DNA from: an uncultured Anaerolineales bacterium
GTDB lineage: Bacteria; Chloroflexota; Anaerolineae; B4-G1; SLSP01
Assembly (NCBI GenBank): GCA_964496595.1
Contig: CAZCAI010000001.1
Coordinates: 22,514 to 86,513, forward strand
Direction: 5' to 3'
DNA length: 64,000 nucleotides
Shown: one piece after another, positions 26,630-35,441 of the stretch
Layout: each line of letters starts with the position of its first letter
Numbering within the stretch: the stretch's first letter is position 1
Notes under the pieces: model-generated
Database searches by the model: none
What the model was told of the DNA's origin: nothing
What the model saw: only the letters and a program-made list of their open reading frames with translations
Translations under genes and position numbers: made by a program

Positions 26630-26661
26630 ATTCGTTACCCGTCAATTTCATCATAATGATC

Positions 26662-26683
26662 GAACGTCAGGGAAACGTCAGGG
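26662..26683. promoter_or_regulatory. Two direct repeats with 11-bp periodicity (GAACGTCAGGG AAACGTCAGGG). Candidate SARP-binding heptamer repeats that replace the -35 of the minus-strand promoter for the 26629 operon.
   Basis: Read directly from the sequence. On the minus strand the repeats lie ~6 bp upstream of a TATGAT -10-like hexamer. The adjacent divergent gene encodes a SARP-family regulator. Confidence 0.4.
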
Positions 26684-26785
26684 GCACGGCTTTTTTGCTA
26701 CGGAGGGCAACTATCGATATAATGAGGATAGGGTGTTATACCTGAGTCGTCGCCAGAGAAATATTGTCCAAATATAAAGTGAACT

Positions 26786-29700
26786 ATGGCTCAACTTTCG
26801 ATAAGTTCTTTAGGTCCCTTCCGCGCCACGCTGGATGGGGAACCGATCACCAGCTTTGAATCCAACAAAGTGCGGGCGTTGTTGGTCTATCTCGCGATGG
26901 AATCCGACTATCCTCACAGCCGGGAGACGTTGGCGGGATTTTTCTGGCCTGAGCAATCCGAATCTAACGCCCGGCACAACCTGCGCCAGGCGCTCTGCAA
27001 CCTGCGCCAGGTTATTCGTGATCGCGACGCGGACATCCCCTTCCTGCACGTCACGCGCCGGACCGTGCAGTTCGCTCCCGATAGTGACTATTGGCTGGAT
27101 GTGGCTATGTTCAGCGACTATATCGGGGCCAGCGAGGCGCATGCTCATTATCGTCTGGAGACGTGTGGGTCTTGTCGCGAGCAGCTAGAGAAGGCGGCCG
27201 AACTCTATCGGGGCAGCTTTTTGGAGGATCTCTTCGTGGAGGGGAGTATTCCATTCGAGGATTGGGCCTTGCTCCTACGAGAGCGATTTCATCGCCTGGT
27301 GATCGACGCGCTCTATCATCTGGCCCGTCATTACGAGCGCCGCCGAATGTATGACCGGGCGCGACGCTACGCTCGGCGGCAGGTGGAGTTGGAGCCTTGG
27401 CGCGAGGAAGCGCATCAGCAGTTGATGCGTCTGCTGGCTCACAGCGGGGAGCGCAGCGCCGCGCTGACCCAGTACGACCTCTGCCGCCGCATCTTGGCGA
27501 AGGAACTAAACGTCGCGCCGCACCCGGAGACGACGGCGCTCTATGAGCGCATTCGAGCGGCGGGCAGCGCCAGCCCCCACAATTTACCGCCTCAGTTGAC
27601 CCCCTTGATCGGGCGGGAAGAAGAGTTGAGCGAGATTGCGGAGCGGCTGGCCGATCCGGCGTGCCGCCTGTTGACCCTGACCGGGCTGGGCGGTGTCGGA
27701 AAGACGCGATTGGCCCTGCAAGCAGCTCAGGAACACATTGGGGCTTTTTTGCACGGCGTCTACTTTGTCCCGTTGGCGACTTTAAACTCGACCACGCTCA
27801 TTGTCCCTACGATGGTCGATGCGCTTGGATTTTCTCTCTCCGGCGAGCAGCCCCCTGAGACGCAACTCCTGAACTATTTGCGGGAAAAAGAGATGCTCCT
27901 GGTGCTGGATAGCTTTGAGCATCTTCTGGAGGGCGCCGATGTGCTTTTGGACATCCTCAGACACGCCCCCGCCGTCAAGCTGATCGTCACATCTCAGGAG
28001 CGGTTGAATTTTCGGGCGGAGTGGATCTTTCAGGTGGATGGATTGTCTTTGCCAGACAAAGATGTCGTCGCAGGCGCTGAGGCCTCCGGCGCGGTGCGAC
28101 TTTTCTTCGAGCGCGCCCGGCGCGTGGCCCCGGGTTTTTCAATATCGGATGCGACGATGCCGGCGGCGATTCGCATCTGCCAGTTGGTGGGCGGCATCCC
28201 CTTGGGCATCGAACTGGCCGCCGCCTCTCTCCTCACCCGCTCGTGCGAGCAAATTGCCTTGGAGATCGAACGCAACATCGATATATTGACCACGATGATG
28301 CGGGATGCGCCTGAACGCCATCGTAGTATGCGCGCGGTTTTCGAGCATGCCTGGAATTTGCTTGCCCCAGAGGAACAGCAGATCCTGCGGAAATTGACAG
28401 TCTTTCGCGACGGCTTCGAGGCGCAGGCCGCTCGGAGCGTGGCTCACGTATCTCCTTGGCGCCTGACGTCGCTGGTGAGCAAATCTCTCCTGCGGAAGAA
28501 TTCCGTCGGACGGTATGCAATTCACGAGCTTATCAAACACTTTGCCGGAGAGAAATTAGATGAACATCCGCCCGAAAAAGAGATGGCCGGGGAGCGTCAC
28601 GGCGAATACTACACATCATTTCTTCATCAGAGAGAAGGAGCGTTGCAGGCCGGACAACAGCATGAGGCTTTAGACGAGATCAGCACCGAAATTGAGAACG
28701 TCCGGGCTGCCTGGCGATGGGCCGTGGCGCACAAGGAGCTTGGCGCTATCGATGCGGGGTTGGAAAGCCTCTACTACTTCTATTGGGCGCGGAATTGGTT
28801 TCGCGAGGGCCAGGAGATCTTTGGGCAGGCGGAACGCGCCGTTCTGAGTGCGGGAGAAAAAGATGCGCTGCTTCTGGCGAGGATTTGGACGCGCCAGGCG
28901 GAGTTCGATGCCTGGCTCACTCACTACGACGCAGCGGAGAGGCGATTGCGGAAGAGTATCCAGATGTGTCGCTCGCTTCAAGCGCGGCGCGAATTGGCGT
29001 TCGCGCTTGAGATGTGGGGCCGAATCGAATACTGGCAGGGGAAATATACATCATCACGGGATCATGTGCAGGAAAGCCTGGCGCTTTATCGTCAGGTTGA
29101 TGACAAGGTCGGCGTAGCGCAGGCGCTCAACAGTTTAGCCAATGTGCTCTGTGATCTAGATGCCGATTATGATCAAGCCCAAGTGCTCTACGAAGAGAGT
29201 CTGTCAATCGCGCGCGAGATCGGCGATCAGTTTGGCGTGGCCAAGGCGCTCGTCAATCTGGGGGCATTGATGCAGGAGTTGGGGGCTTATGAAGAGGCGA
29301 AACGATTTTATGAGGAGAGTCTGACGCTTTATCGTAAAATCGATTATCGGCATGGAATCTCGGCGTCGCTCAGCTATGTGGGGCAGGCGACCAGTTTGCT
29401 GGGCGAGCATGCGTTAGCTATAGAATTGCTCCAGGAGAGTCTGAACCTCAATCGAGAGACGGGCGACCGCCACGCGATGGCGGAGCGGCTAAAGCAGTTG
29501 GGCAGCGTCGCGTGCCGGATGGGGGTTTATGAGCAAGCGAAGGCGTACTTTGATCAGGCCTTGAGATTGGCAGTCGCGATCCATTCGCATCAGGTCATTT
29601 TAGATGTCTTGATTAGCATGGCTGATCTGTTTCATCAATCCCAGGAATTCCAGGAATCCCAGGACAAAGGGAAAAAGGCGTATGCCGCCTTGGCGTATGC

Positions 29701-29890
29701 CTTGGAGCTTTTGGCCTGTGTCAAGCACCAGGCCACGTGTGGACAAGAGTGTCAGGATCGCGCCGCCGGCTTGCTCCCGGCATTGGTATCCGCGCTTCCC
29801 CCCGCGATGGTGGCCGCGTGCTGGCAGCGGGGACAGGCTAAGACGTTGGACGCGATGGTGACGGAAATCCTGGCGGATCATCTGGTGTGA
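26786..29890 (+). CDS. SARP/AfsR-like STAND regulator: OmpR-type wHTH, BTAD, NB-ARC ATPase and TPR repeats.
   Basis: N-terminal wHTH (LGPFRATLDGEPI...NKVRALLVYLA). BTAD (DYWLDV...LYRGSFLED). Walker A GLGGVGKTRLA. C-terminal TPR-like repeats (ALNSLANV..., AKALVNLGAL...). Confidence 0.85.
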   Translation: MAQLSISSLGPFRATLDGEPITSFESNKVRALLVYLAMESDYPHSRETLAGFFWPEQSESNARHNLRQALCNLRQVIRDRDADIPFLHVTRRTVQFAPDSDYWLDVAMFSDYIGASEAHAHYRLETCGSCREQLEKAAELYRGSFLEDLFVEGSIPFEDWALLLRERFHRLVIDALYHLARHYERRRMYDRARRYARRQVELEPWREEAHQQLMRLLAHSGERSAALTQYDLCRRILAKELNVAPHPETTALYERIRAAGSASPHNLPPQLTPLIGREEELSEIAERLADPACRLLTLTGLGGVGKTRLALQAAQEHIGAFLHGVYFVPLATLNSTTLIVPTMVDALGFSLSGEQPPETQLLNYLREKEMLLVLDSFEHLLEGADVLLDILRHAPAVKLIVTSQERLNFRAEWIFQVDGLSLPDKDVVAGAEASGAVRLFFERARRVAPGFSISDATMPAAIRICQLVGGIPLGIELAAASLLTRSCEQIALEIERNIDILTTMMRDAPERHRSMRAVFEHAWNLLAPEEQQILRKLTVFRDGFEAQAARSVAHVSPWRLTSLVSKSLLRKNSVGRYAIHELIKHFAGEKLDEHPPEKEMAGERHGEYYTSFLHQREGALQAGQQHEALDEISTEIENVRAAWRWAVAHKELGAIDAGLESLYYFYWARNWFREGQEIFGQAERAVLSAGEKDALLLARIWTRQAEFDAWLTHYDAAERRLRKSIQMCRSLQARRELAFALEMWGRIEYWQGKYTSSRDHVQESLALYRQVDDKVGVAQALNSLANVLCDLDADYDQAQVLYEESLSIAREIGDQFGVAKALVNLGALMQELGAYEEAKRFYEESLTLYRKIDYRHGISASLSYVGQATSLLGEHALAIELLQESLNLNRETGDRHAMAERLKQLGSVACRMGVYEQAKAYFDQALRLAVAIHSHQVILDVLISMADLFHQSQEFQESQDKGKKAYAALAYALELLACVKHQATCGQECQDRAAGLLPALVSALPPAMVAACWQRGQAKTLDAMVTEILADHLV

Positions 29891-29949
29891 GGGGCGGGCC
29901 GCCATCCGGGAAGCTGATCAGCTTCCCGGATGGTCTGCCTGGTTGGGCG

Positions 29950-32900
29950 CTATCTGGCGCGATGCCTCACGGCCCTTTCTTCTACTGGAGAAAGCTCGCC
30001 CGGCGTGGGCGGATAGCGCTCGCGGAAATCCTCGGCGCAGTTGTCGTGATCGTAGTAGGGCGGGTGACGCTCCAGCGAGGCGCTGGATACCGCGACGCCG
30101 GGGTGGGGCGCGACGCCGGGATAGGTCGCATCCCCCCAGACGAGGACATCCACCGGCGTGTCATCCGGTCCCAGCAACAGCACCTGATCCCCGTCATTGC
30201 GAAGCCCCCACGTAGCCCATTCCTGGCCCCAGGGCGTGTAGCGAATCATATCGGTGACGCTGGTGGTGTGGTACATCTCGAAGTTGGCTTCGGGCACCTC
30301 GGAGGCGTTCACCGCCACGACGATGACGCCCTGTGGCGGTATTTCTGCGCCGGGCGGGAATTGGAACATCACCTCGGCCCGATCCGGCGTCTCGGCGTCG
30401 CCGATTTTGTAGGGGTGAAGATCGATGGTTTCCGGGGTGGGATTGTACAATTCGACCCACTCTTGCCCCACGTTGGACGCGCCCGGCGTGTAGAAGACCT
30501 CGCTGATCACTAAGTAATCGACGGGCGGCGGCGGCGGTGTGTAGTTGTGCATCACCAAGGGAAGGTAGATCGGAGTGGCCTGCCCCCAATCGAACCGGAA
30601 CATTCGGAGCAGATAATCATAGACCCCCTCGGATTGGATCTGAATCGCGACCTCGCGGTTAAGCTTGCTGGAGGTCTCGCTGCCGTTGATCGAGCCGAGA
30701 TGGACGTACTGCCCCTCGTCCTGCAAGTCGACCAGCACCATCTTGATGTGAATCCCCTCGCCGGTGGCGTCGCCGGACGCCGCCTGGAGATTGAGATTTT
30801 CCTCGCGGGCAATGCGCCGGACGTAGCTGATGGTCTCGCGACTCTCGATGGGCGCCTCTTCGGTGTAGGGCGCGAAGTTCTTCCCGTTGACCAGGATCCG
30901 CACCTCAGCGCCCCGGCGCGCTGCATCGATGTAGGCTTTCATCCGCAGATTCGGGCTATTGCCCCACGTGGCGTATTCATAGAGCTGCTCTACGTAGACC
31001 TTATCCCCGGCGCCCGCGCGCCCGACCAGGCCCAGGAGCGCGTCGTTTTGGCGCAGCGCCGCCTCTGGCGCGGTGAGCAACTCGAAGGGAAAGGTCCCGT
31101 GCAAGACCAACGGCTGGCTGAACCGAACTGTGTAGGTCATCGCGTCCGGCTGCGCCAGATCGACCATCTCCGGCGTCGGTGGGCCGTATTTATCCACGAA
31201 GGCCGTATTCCAGCGCACCAGATCGTTGTGATGCGCCGGATCTAAATCCAGGTCGAAGATCGTGCGCGCGCGCTCCACCACCGACGGCGCGGTGGTCGCG
31301 ATCACAGCGCCCCGCGAACCGTAGGTGCCGTTGCTTTTGTCATCGCCGGGGAGACCGCCCCAGGTGAAATTCTGAGAGCTGACCACGGCCCACGTATCGT
31401 CCACGATGATAAGCTTGGCGTGCAGGTACTTGTAACGGTTGAAGATCCGATCGGGGATGGGAATGCTTTCATCTGTCTCGTGGGCCATAAACCAGCACGC
31501 GCCGCCGGCCGCCTCGATCTGCTGGCAGGCGTAGAGTTCCGTGTGCCAGTCGGTGTTGTTCCACCCGCCGACGATCCCGCCCTCCAGCAGGAGCGTCACG
31601 CTCACGCCCGCTTCCGCTTTTTGGACCAGCGCCTCGACGAGGCTGGGATGGCGTAGGGAGTACATCTCGATGGCGATGCTCTCCTCCGCCCGCATCAGCG
31701 TCTCCGAGATGACCTCGAAGGCGTTGTCCGGCGCGATGCCGACGACGATGGTCGCCGTCTCGGTGGCCGTGAGCGGCCAGAAGAGGGGATCGAGGTCCCA
31801 GCCGGGATAGCGCACGCGGCGACCGTGCGTGATGTTGCCGGTGGTCTGGAGCCAATCGGCGGCGGTGTCGGTGTCGGCGATGGGCAGGCCGGTCGCTTCG
31901 TCGGGAATGCGGGCGAGGATCTGCCCCTCCTCGCGACCCACGCCATACGGCGCGACGCCCGGCCCTGTCCAGCCGGCGATGGGCGTCTTCCCCGCTTTGT
32001 AGACCATCGCGTCAACGATGATTTCGTCCGCGTCGCGCAAGAGCACCTCATCCCCGCTGTCATTCGTCAAGCCGGGACTCGTGAACCAGTCATCACCTAG
32101 CGCGTAATCCGGCGGGAAGCCAAAGGCGGCGGCGAAGCCCATGATCTCTTTGGCCAGCCAGACGCGCTGCTGGCGCTCGAGCGTCATTGTGGGGATCGGA
32201 TGGCACTCGTACGCATCACTTTTGTCCCTGCACAGTTCCCATCCGGCGAGCGTGGCCGGCGCCGTGCCGACGTTGATCAATTGGACGGCCTCGCCTGCCG
32301 GCTCCGGCGCGTAGCCGTCGTAGAGCACGCCGTTGATGAGCACCCGCGGCTCGCCGACCTGGGTCGTCCAGGCGGCGGCATCGTTGTCGGGGTGGGGATC
32401 ATCGCTGGCCGTCGTCGCGGCAAGATGATAGGTGAGCAGGCCGGCGGCCTCGGCGGAGATGTGGACGCTCACGGTGAGCGGGACCGTCGCGCCCGGTGCG
32501 AGATCGCCCACGCGCCAGATCAGCTTTCCGGGCGGGTGCATCTGGATCGTGCCATAGTTGGGCGTGTGACCGACGACTGTCGCCTCGGCGGGGTAGGTGT
32601 AGGTGAGCGCCACGTTATCCGCGCGCAGCTCGCCCACATTCGCCACGGTGAGATCGTAGCGCTGCGTCGAGCCAGCCGTCGCCGTGACGGGGCCGGTCAA
32701 TGCGACAGCGACATCGGCGGCGATGGGGCTGACGGTCGTGGTGCAGCGCGCGCTCGTGTACGGCGCGGGCGAAGGCGTGCGCGTCGTCGCCGTGATCCGG
32801 TTGACGAGGTCGCCGCCCGGCGCTGTGGGCGCGACCTGGCCTATCACCGTGATGGCGTAGGGTGTGCCGGTCATCACCGCGCCGAGATCCCAGTGCAAAG

Positions 32901-33741
32901 CGCCCGCGGCTTGGGTGAACGTAAACTCACTGCTCTGGGTGATGAAGTGGACGTCGGCGGGGAGGGTGTCCGTCAGGCGCGTCTGCTCGGCGATATGGCC
33001 GCCGGTGTTGGTGAGCGTGACGTGGTAAGTGATGACCTCGCCCGCCGTGCGCGTGATCGGCCCGCTCTTGCGGATCTGCAGCTCGGCCCGCTCCTGAAAC
33101 GGAATCACATAGACGGAGTTCCGCGCTTTCGGCGTCCCCAGGATGGAATTTCCGTCGGCGTCGAGGCCGTTGATTGTGACGCCGTCGTTGGTCGCCCAAT
33201 TGTCTGATGTGTCGGGCAGCGTCGGGTCGATGCGCTCCATCGTGATCCTTGCATCTTTATTGCCAGCCGGCCAGGTCCCGCCATCGGCGTTGGCCGTGTC
33301 GATGATTTCATCGACGGCATTGGTGAGCGTGAGGATTTCGCCATCATTGCTGAGACCATAGCCGAATCCAGTTGTTAAATTTGCAGGGATGTCGGCGACC
33401 GTCTCGTCATTTGTACGCTCGATAAGATAAAAGCCTTGAGGGGCGATCTTTCCTATAAGATCAAGGGTCATACCATCGTTGCTTGTGATCCGCCAACCGT
33501 CCAAGGTGATTGTCGCCGCCGTCGTGTTGTATAATTCGATCCACTCATCGGAGGCCGATGCTGCTGTTCCCATCCACGCTACCTCATTGATGACGACCTC
33601 GCGCGTCGCATCTGTTGCCGCCGGCAATGCCGCCTGCACGGTCGCCTGCGAGGTGGGGGCGAGCATCACACTCAAGGTTACCCAGATCAACAAAAGTCCG
33701 CCAACTACGGCTAACATCATCCGACATCCACGGGTTTGCAT
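29950..33741 (-). CDS. Secreted multidomain protein: three lamin-tail domains, DUF11 repeats, and a phospholipase-D-superfamily domain with two HKD motifs.
   Basis: 1263 aa with a signal peptide. LTD-like segments (VVINEVAWMG...DEWIELYN; VLINGVLYDG...; LVISEVFYTPG...QEWVELYN). DUF11-like (TYHVTLTNTG). HKD motifs YLHAKLIIVDD and HIKMVLVDLQD...GSINGS. Confidence 0.75.
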   Translation of the reverse strand: MQTRGCRMMLAVVGGLLLIWVTLSVMLAPTSQATVQAALPAATDATREVVINEVAWMGTAASASDEWIELYNTTAATITLDGWRITSNDGMTLDLIGKIAPQGFYLIERTNDETVADIPANLTTGFGYGLSNDGEILTLTNAVDEIIDTANADGGTWPAGNKDARITMERIDPTLPDTSDNWATNDGVTINGLDADGNSILGTPKARNSVYVIPFQERAELQIRKSGPITRTAGEVITYHVTLTNTGGHIAEQTRLTDTLPADVHFITQSSEFTFTQAAGALHWDLGAVMTGTPYAITVIGQVAPTAPGGDLVNRITATTRTPSPAPYTSARCTTTVSPIAADVAVALTGPVTATAGSTQRYDLTVANVGELRADNVALTYTYPAEATVVGHTPNYGTIQMHPPGKLIWRVGDLAPGATVPLTVSVHISAEAAGLLTYHLAATTASDDPHPDNDAAAWTTQVGEPRVLINGVLYDGYAPEPAGEAVQLINVGTAPATLAGWELCRDKSDAYECHPIPTMTLERQQRVWLAKEIMGFAAAFGFPPDYALGDDWFTSPGLTNDSGDEVLLRDADEIIVDAMVYKAGKTPIAGWTGPGVAPYGVGREEGQILARIPDEATGLPIADTDTAADWLQTTGNITHGRRVRYPGWDLDPLFWPLTATETATIVVGIAPDNAFEVISETLMRAEESIAIEMYSLRHPSLVEALVQKAEAGVSVTLLLEGGIVGGWNNTDWHTELYACQQIEAAGGACWFMAHETDESIPIPDRIFNRYKYLHAKLIIVDDTWAVVSSQNFTWGGLPGDDKSNGTYGSRGAVIATTAPSVVERARTIFDLDLDPAHHNDLVRWNTAFVDKYGPPTPEMVDLAQPDAMTYTVRFSQPLVLHGTFPFELLTAPEAALRQNDALLGLVGRAGAGDKVYVEQLYEYATWGNSPNLRMKAYIDAARRGAEVRILVNGKNFAPYTEEAPIESRETISYVRRIAREENLNLQAASGDATGEGIHIKMVLVDLQDEGQYVHLGSINGSETSSKLNREVAIQIQSEGVYDYLLRMFRFDWGQATPIYLPLVMHNYTPPPPPVDYLVISEVFYTPGASNVGQEWVELYNPTPETIDLHPYKIGDAETPDRAEVMFQFPPGAEIPPQGVIVVAVNASEVPEANFEMYHTTSVTDMIRYTPWGQEWATWGLRNDGDQVLLLGPDDTPVDVLVWGDATYPGVAPHPGVAVSSASLERHPPYYDHDNCAEDFRERYPPTPGELSPVEERAVRHRAR

Positions 33742-33884
33742 ATTTTTCTCTCCTCTGTTTGATATTTTTGTGAGATTGCGGTCGATTCTGCATCCTATGA
33801 TACATCAATCCCGTTGCTCTTTCAACGAAGTCGGCTATAATTAAGGTAGATGTTGGTTGTTGCGCTTGAATGCGGAGGATGTAT

Positions 33885-35345
33885 ATGAAAGATAATTTGA
33901 AGGTTCTGTTCATCGCTGCGGAAGCGCTGCCCTTTGCCAAAGTAGGGGGCTTGGCGGATGTAGCCAGCGCGTTGCCCAAAGCCCTGCGCGAGGTGGGCGT
34001 CGATGCGCGGCTGTTGATCCCGCGCTATGGCAACATTCGCAGTAAGGATTACGACTTCCATCGTATCGGGAACTCCATCCCCGTGCCGGCCGGCCCCAGT
34101 GAGGAGCGCGTTCACTTGCTTCAGACCACCTCCGATGATGTGCCGGTCTATCTCATCTGGGATGATCACTACTTTTCCGCGCGCGAGAAGGTCTACGGAT
34201 TCCGAGATGACCCCATGCGCTTTGTCTTCTTCTCCCGCGCGGTGATCGCGGCGCTGAAGGCCCTCGATTGGACGCCGGATATCATCCATGCCAACGATTG
34301 GCACACCGGCCCCGTGCCCACCTGGCTTGACATCTACGGGCGGGATGAAGCGCCCTACAAGGACATCGCCACGCTCTTCACCATCCACAACCTGGCCTAT
34401 CAGGGCATCTGCGGGCGTTTGTTGCTGACCTTTGGACAGATGGAAGACGTTCCGCACCTGCGGGTCGAGCCGCCCGGCCAGATCAACTGGATGGCGCAGG
34501 GCATCGCGCACGCCGATCTCATTAGCACGGTCAGCTCCGCCTACGCGCGCGAAATCCTCCAGGAAGATTCGGGGATGGGGCTGGCGAGCTTGCTCCAACA
34601 GCGTGAGGATCGTTTCTTTGGGATTCTCAGCGGCATCGATGTCGAACGGTGGAATCCCGATACCGATGGGGCGCTCCCACAGACCTTTGATGTCGATTCC
34701 TTGAAGATGCGCCTGGTCAACAAGGCCGCGTTGCAGCGCGATCTGCGGCTAAACGGGCGCGCGGATGTGCCGCTGCTCGGTATGGTGAGCCGCTTGGACA
34801 ACATCAAGGGCTTGGATCTGCTGTTGGCGGCGCTGGAGACGCTCTTAGATGAGCATGATCTGGAGTTTGTGCTGCTGGGGACGGGCGAGCCGGTCTACGA
34901 GGAGAAATTCCAGGCGCTCCAGGCCCGCTTCCCGGATAATGTCCGCGTGTTGATCAAATTCGACGAGCGCACTGCCCGTCACATCTACGGCGGGGTGGAT
35001 GCCTTCGTGATGCCGAGCCGGTCGGAGCCCAGCAGTGTGAGCGTGATGACGGCGATGCGCTACGGCGCGGCGCCCATCGTGCGTGCGACCGGCGGTCTGG
35101 CCGATATCGTGGTCGATGCCGACGCGCAGAAAGATCGCGGCGTGGGGTTTGTGTTTGAGGGTTACGATGTGCGCTCGCTATTGGATGCCATACAGCGTGC
35201 CAGCGCTGCCTACGCCGATCGCGAGCGTTGGCAGCGCATTCAGCGGCGCGCGATGGAGATGGACTTCTCTTGGAACGCCTCCGCGCAGGCCTACGTCGAT
35301 CTGTATCAGCGCGCCCTGGTCTTGCATCAGCAGAAGAGATCATAA
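33885..35345 (+). CDS. glgA: Glycogen synthase (ADP-glucose type, GT5).
   Basis: MKDNLKVLFIAAEALPFAKVGGLADV N-terminus (KxGGL motif). 486 aa from the ATG that sits 6 nt after GGAGG. The ORF-track start at 33870 is upstream of the RBS. Confidence 0.85.
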   Translation: MKDNLKVLFIAAEALPFAKVGGLADVASALPKALREVGVDARLLIPRYGNIRSKDYDFHRIGNSIPVPAGPSEERVHLLQTTSDDVPVYLIWDDHYFSAREKVYGFRDDPMRFVFFSRAVIAALKALDWTPDIIHANDWHTGPVPTWLDIYGRDEAPYKDIATLFTIHNLAYQGICGRLLLTFGQMEDVPHLRVEPPGQINWMAQGIAHADLISTVSSAYAREILQEDSGMGLASLLQQREDRFFGILSGIDVERWNPDTDGALPQTFDVDSLKMRLVNKAALQRDLRLNGRADVPLLGMVSRLDNIKGLDLLLAALETLLDEHDLEFVLLGTGEPVYEEKFQALQARFPDNVRVLIKFDERTARHIYGGVDAFVMPSRSEPSSVSVMTAMRYGAAPIVRATGGLADIVVDADAQKDRGVGFVFEGYDVRSLLDAIQRASAAYADRERWQRIQRRAMEMDFSWNASAQAYVDLYQRALVLHQQKRS

Positions 35346-35374
35346 CGCGACCTATTGAGTCAGAACCGTGCTTT

Positions 35375-35403
35375 CACCCTCGGAGACACTATCTCCGAGG
35401 GTG
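35375..35403 (+). terminator. Stem-loop downstream of glgA (CACCCTCGGAGA cactatc TCTCCGAGGGTG) with a weak U-tract.
   Basis: 12-bp perfect stem, read directly from the sequence. Confidence 0.35.
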
Positions 35404-35441
35404 TTGAGTGCGACATTTAGAATAAGAGAGTAAAGGATTTT

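Noticed and set aside
33870-33884. Upstream ATG starts for glgA (33870) and dtd (12240) given by the ORF track.
   Set aside because: In both cases a strong GGAGG-type RBS lies downstream of the first ATG and correctly spaced from a later ATG. That later ATG also matches the conserved N-termini (MK..LFIAAE..; MRAVVQRV).
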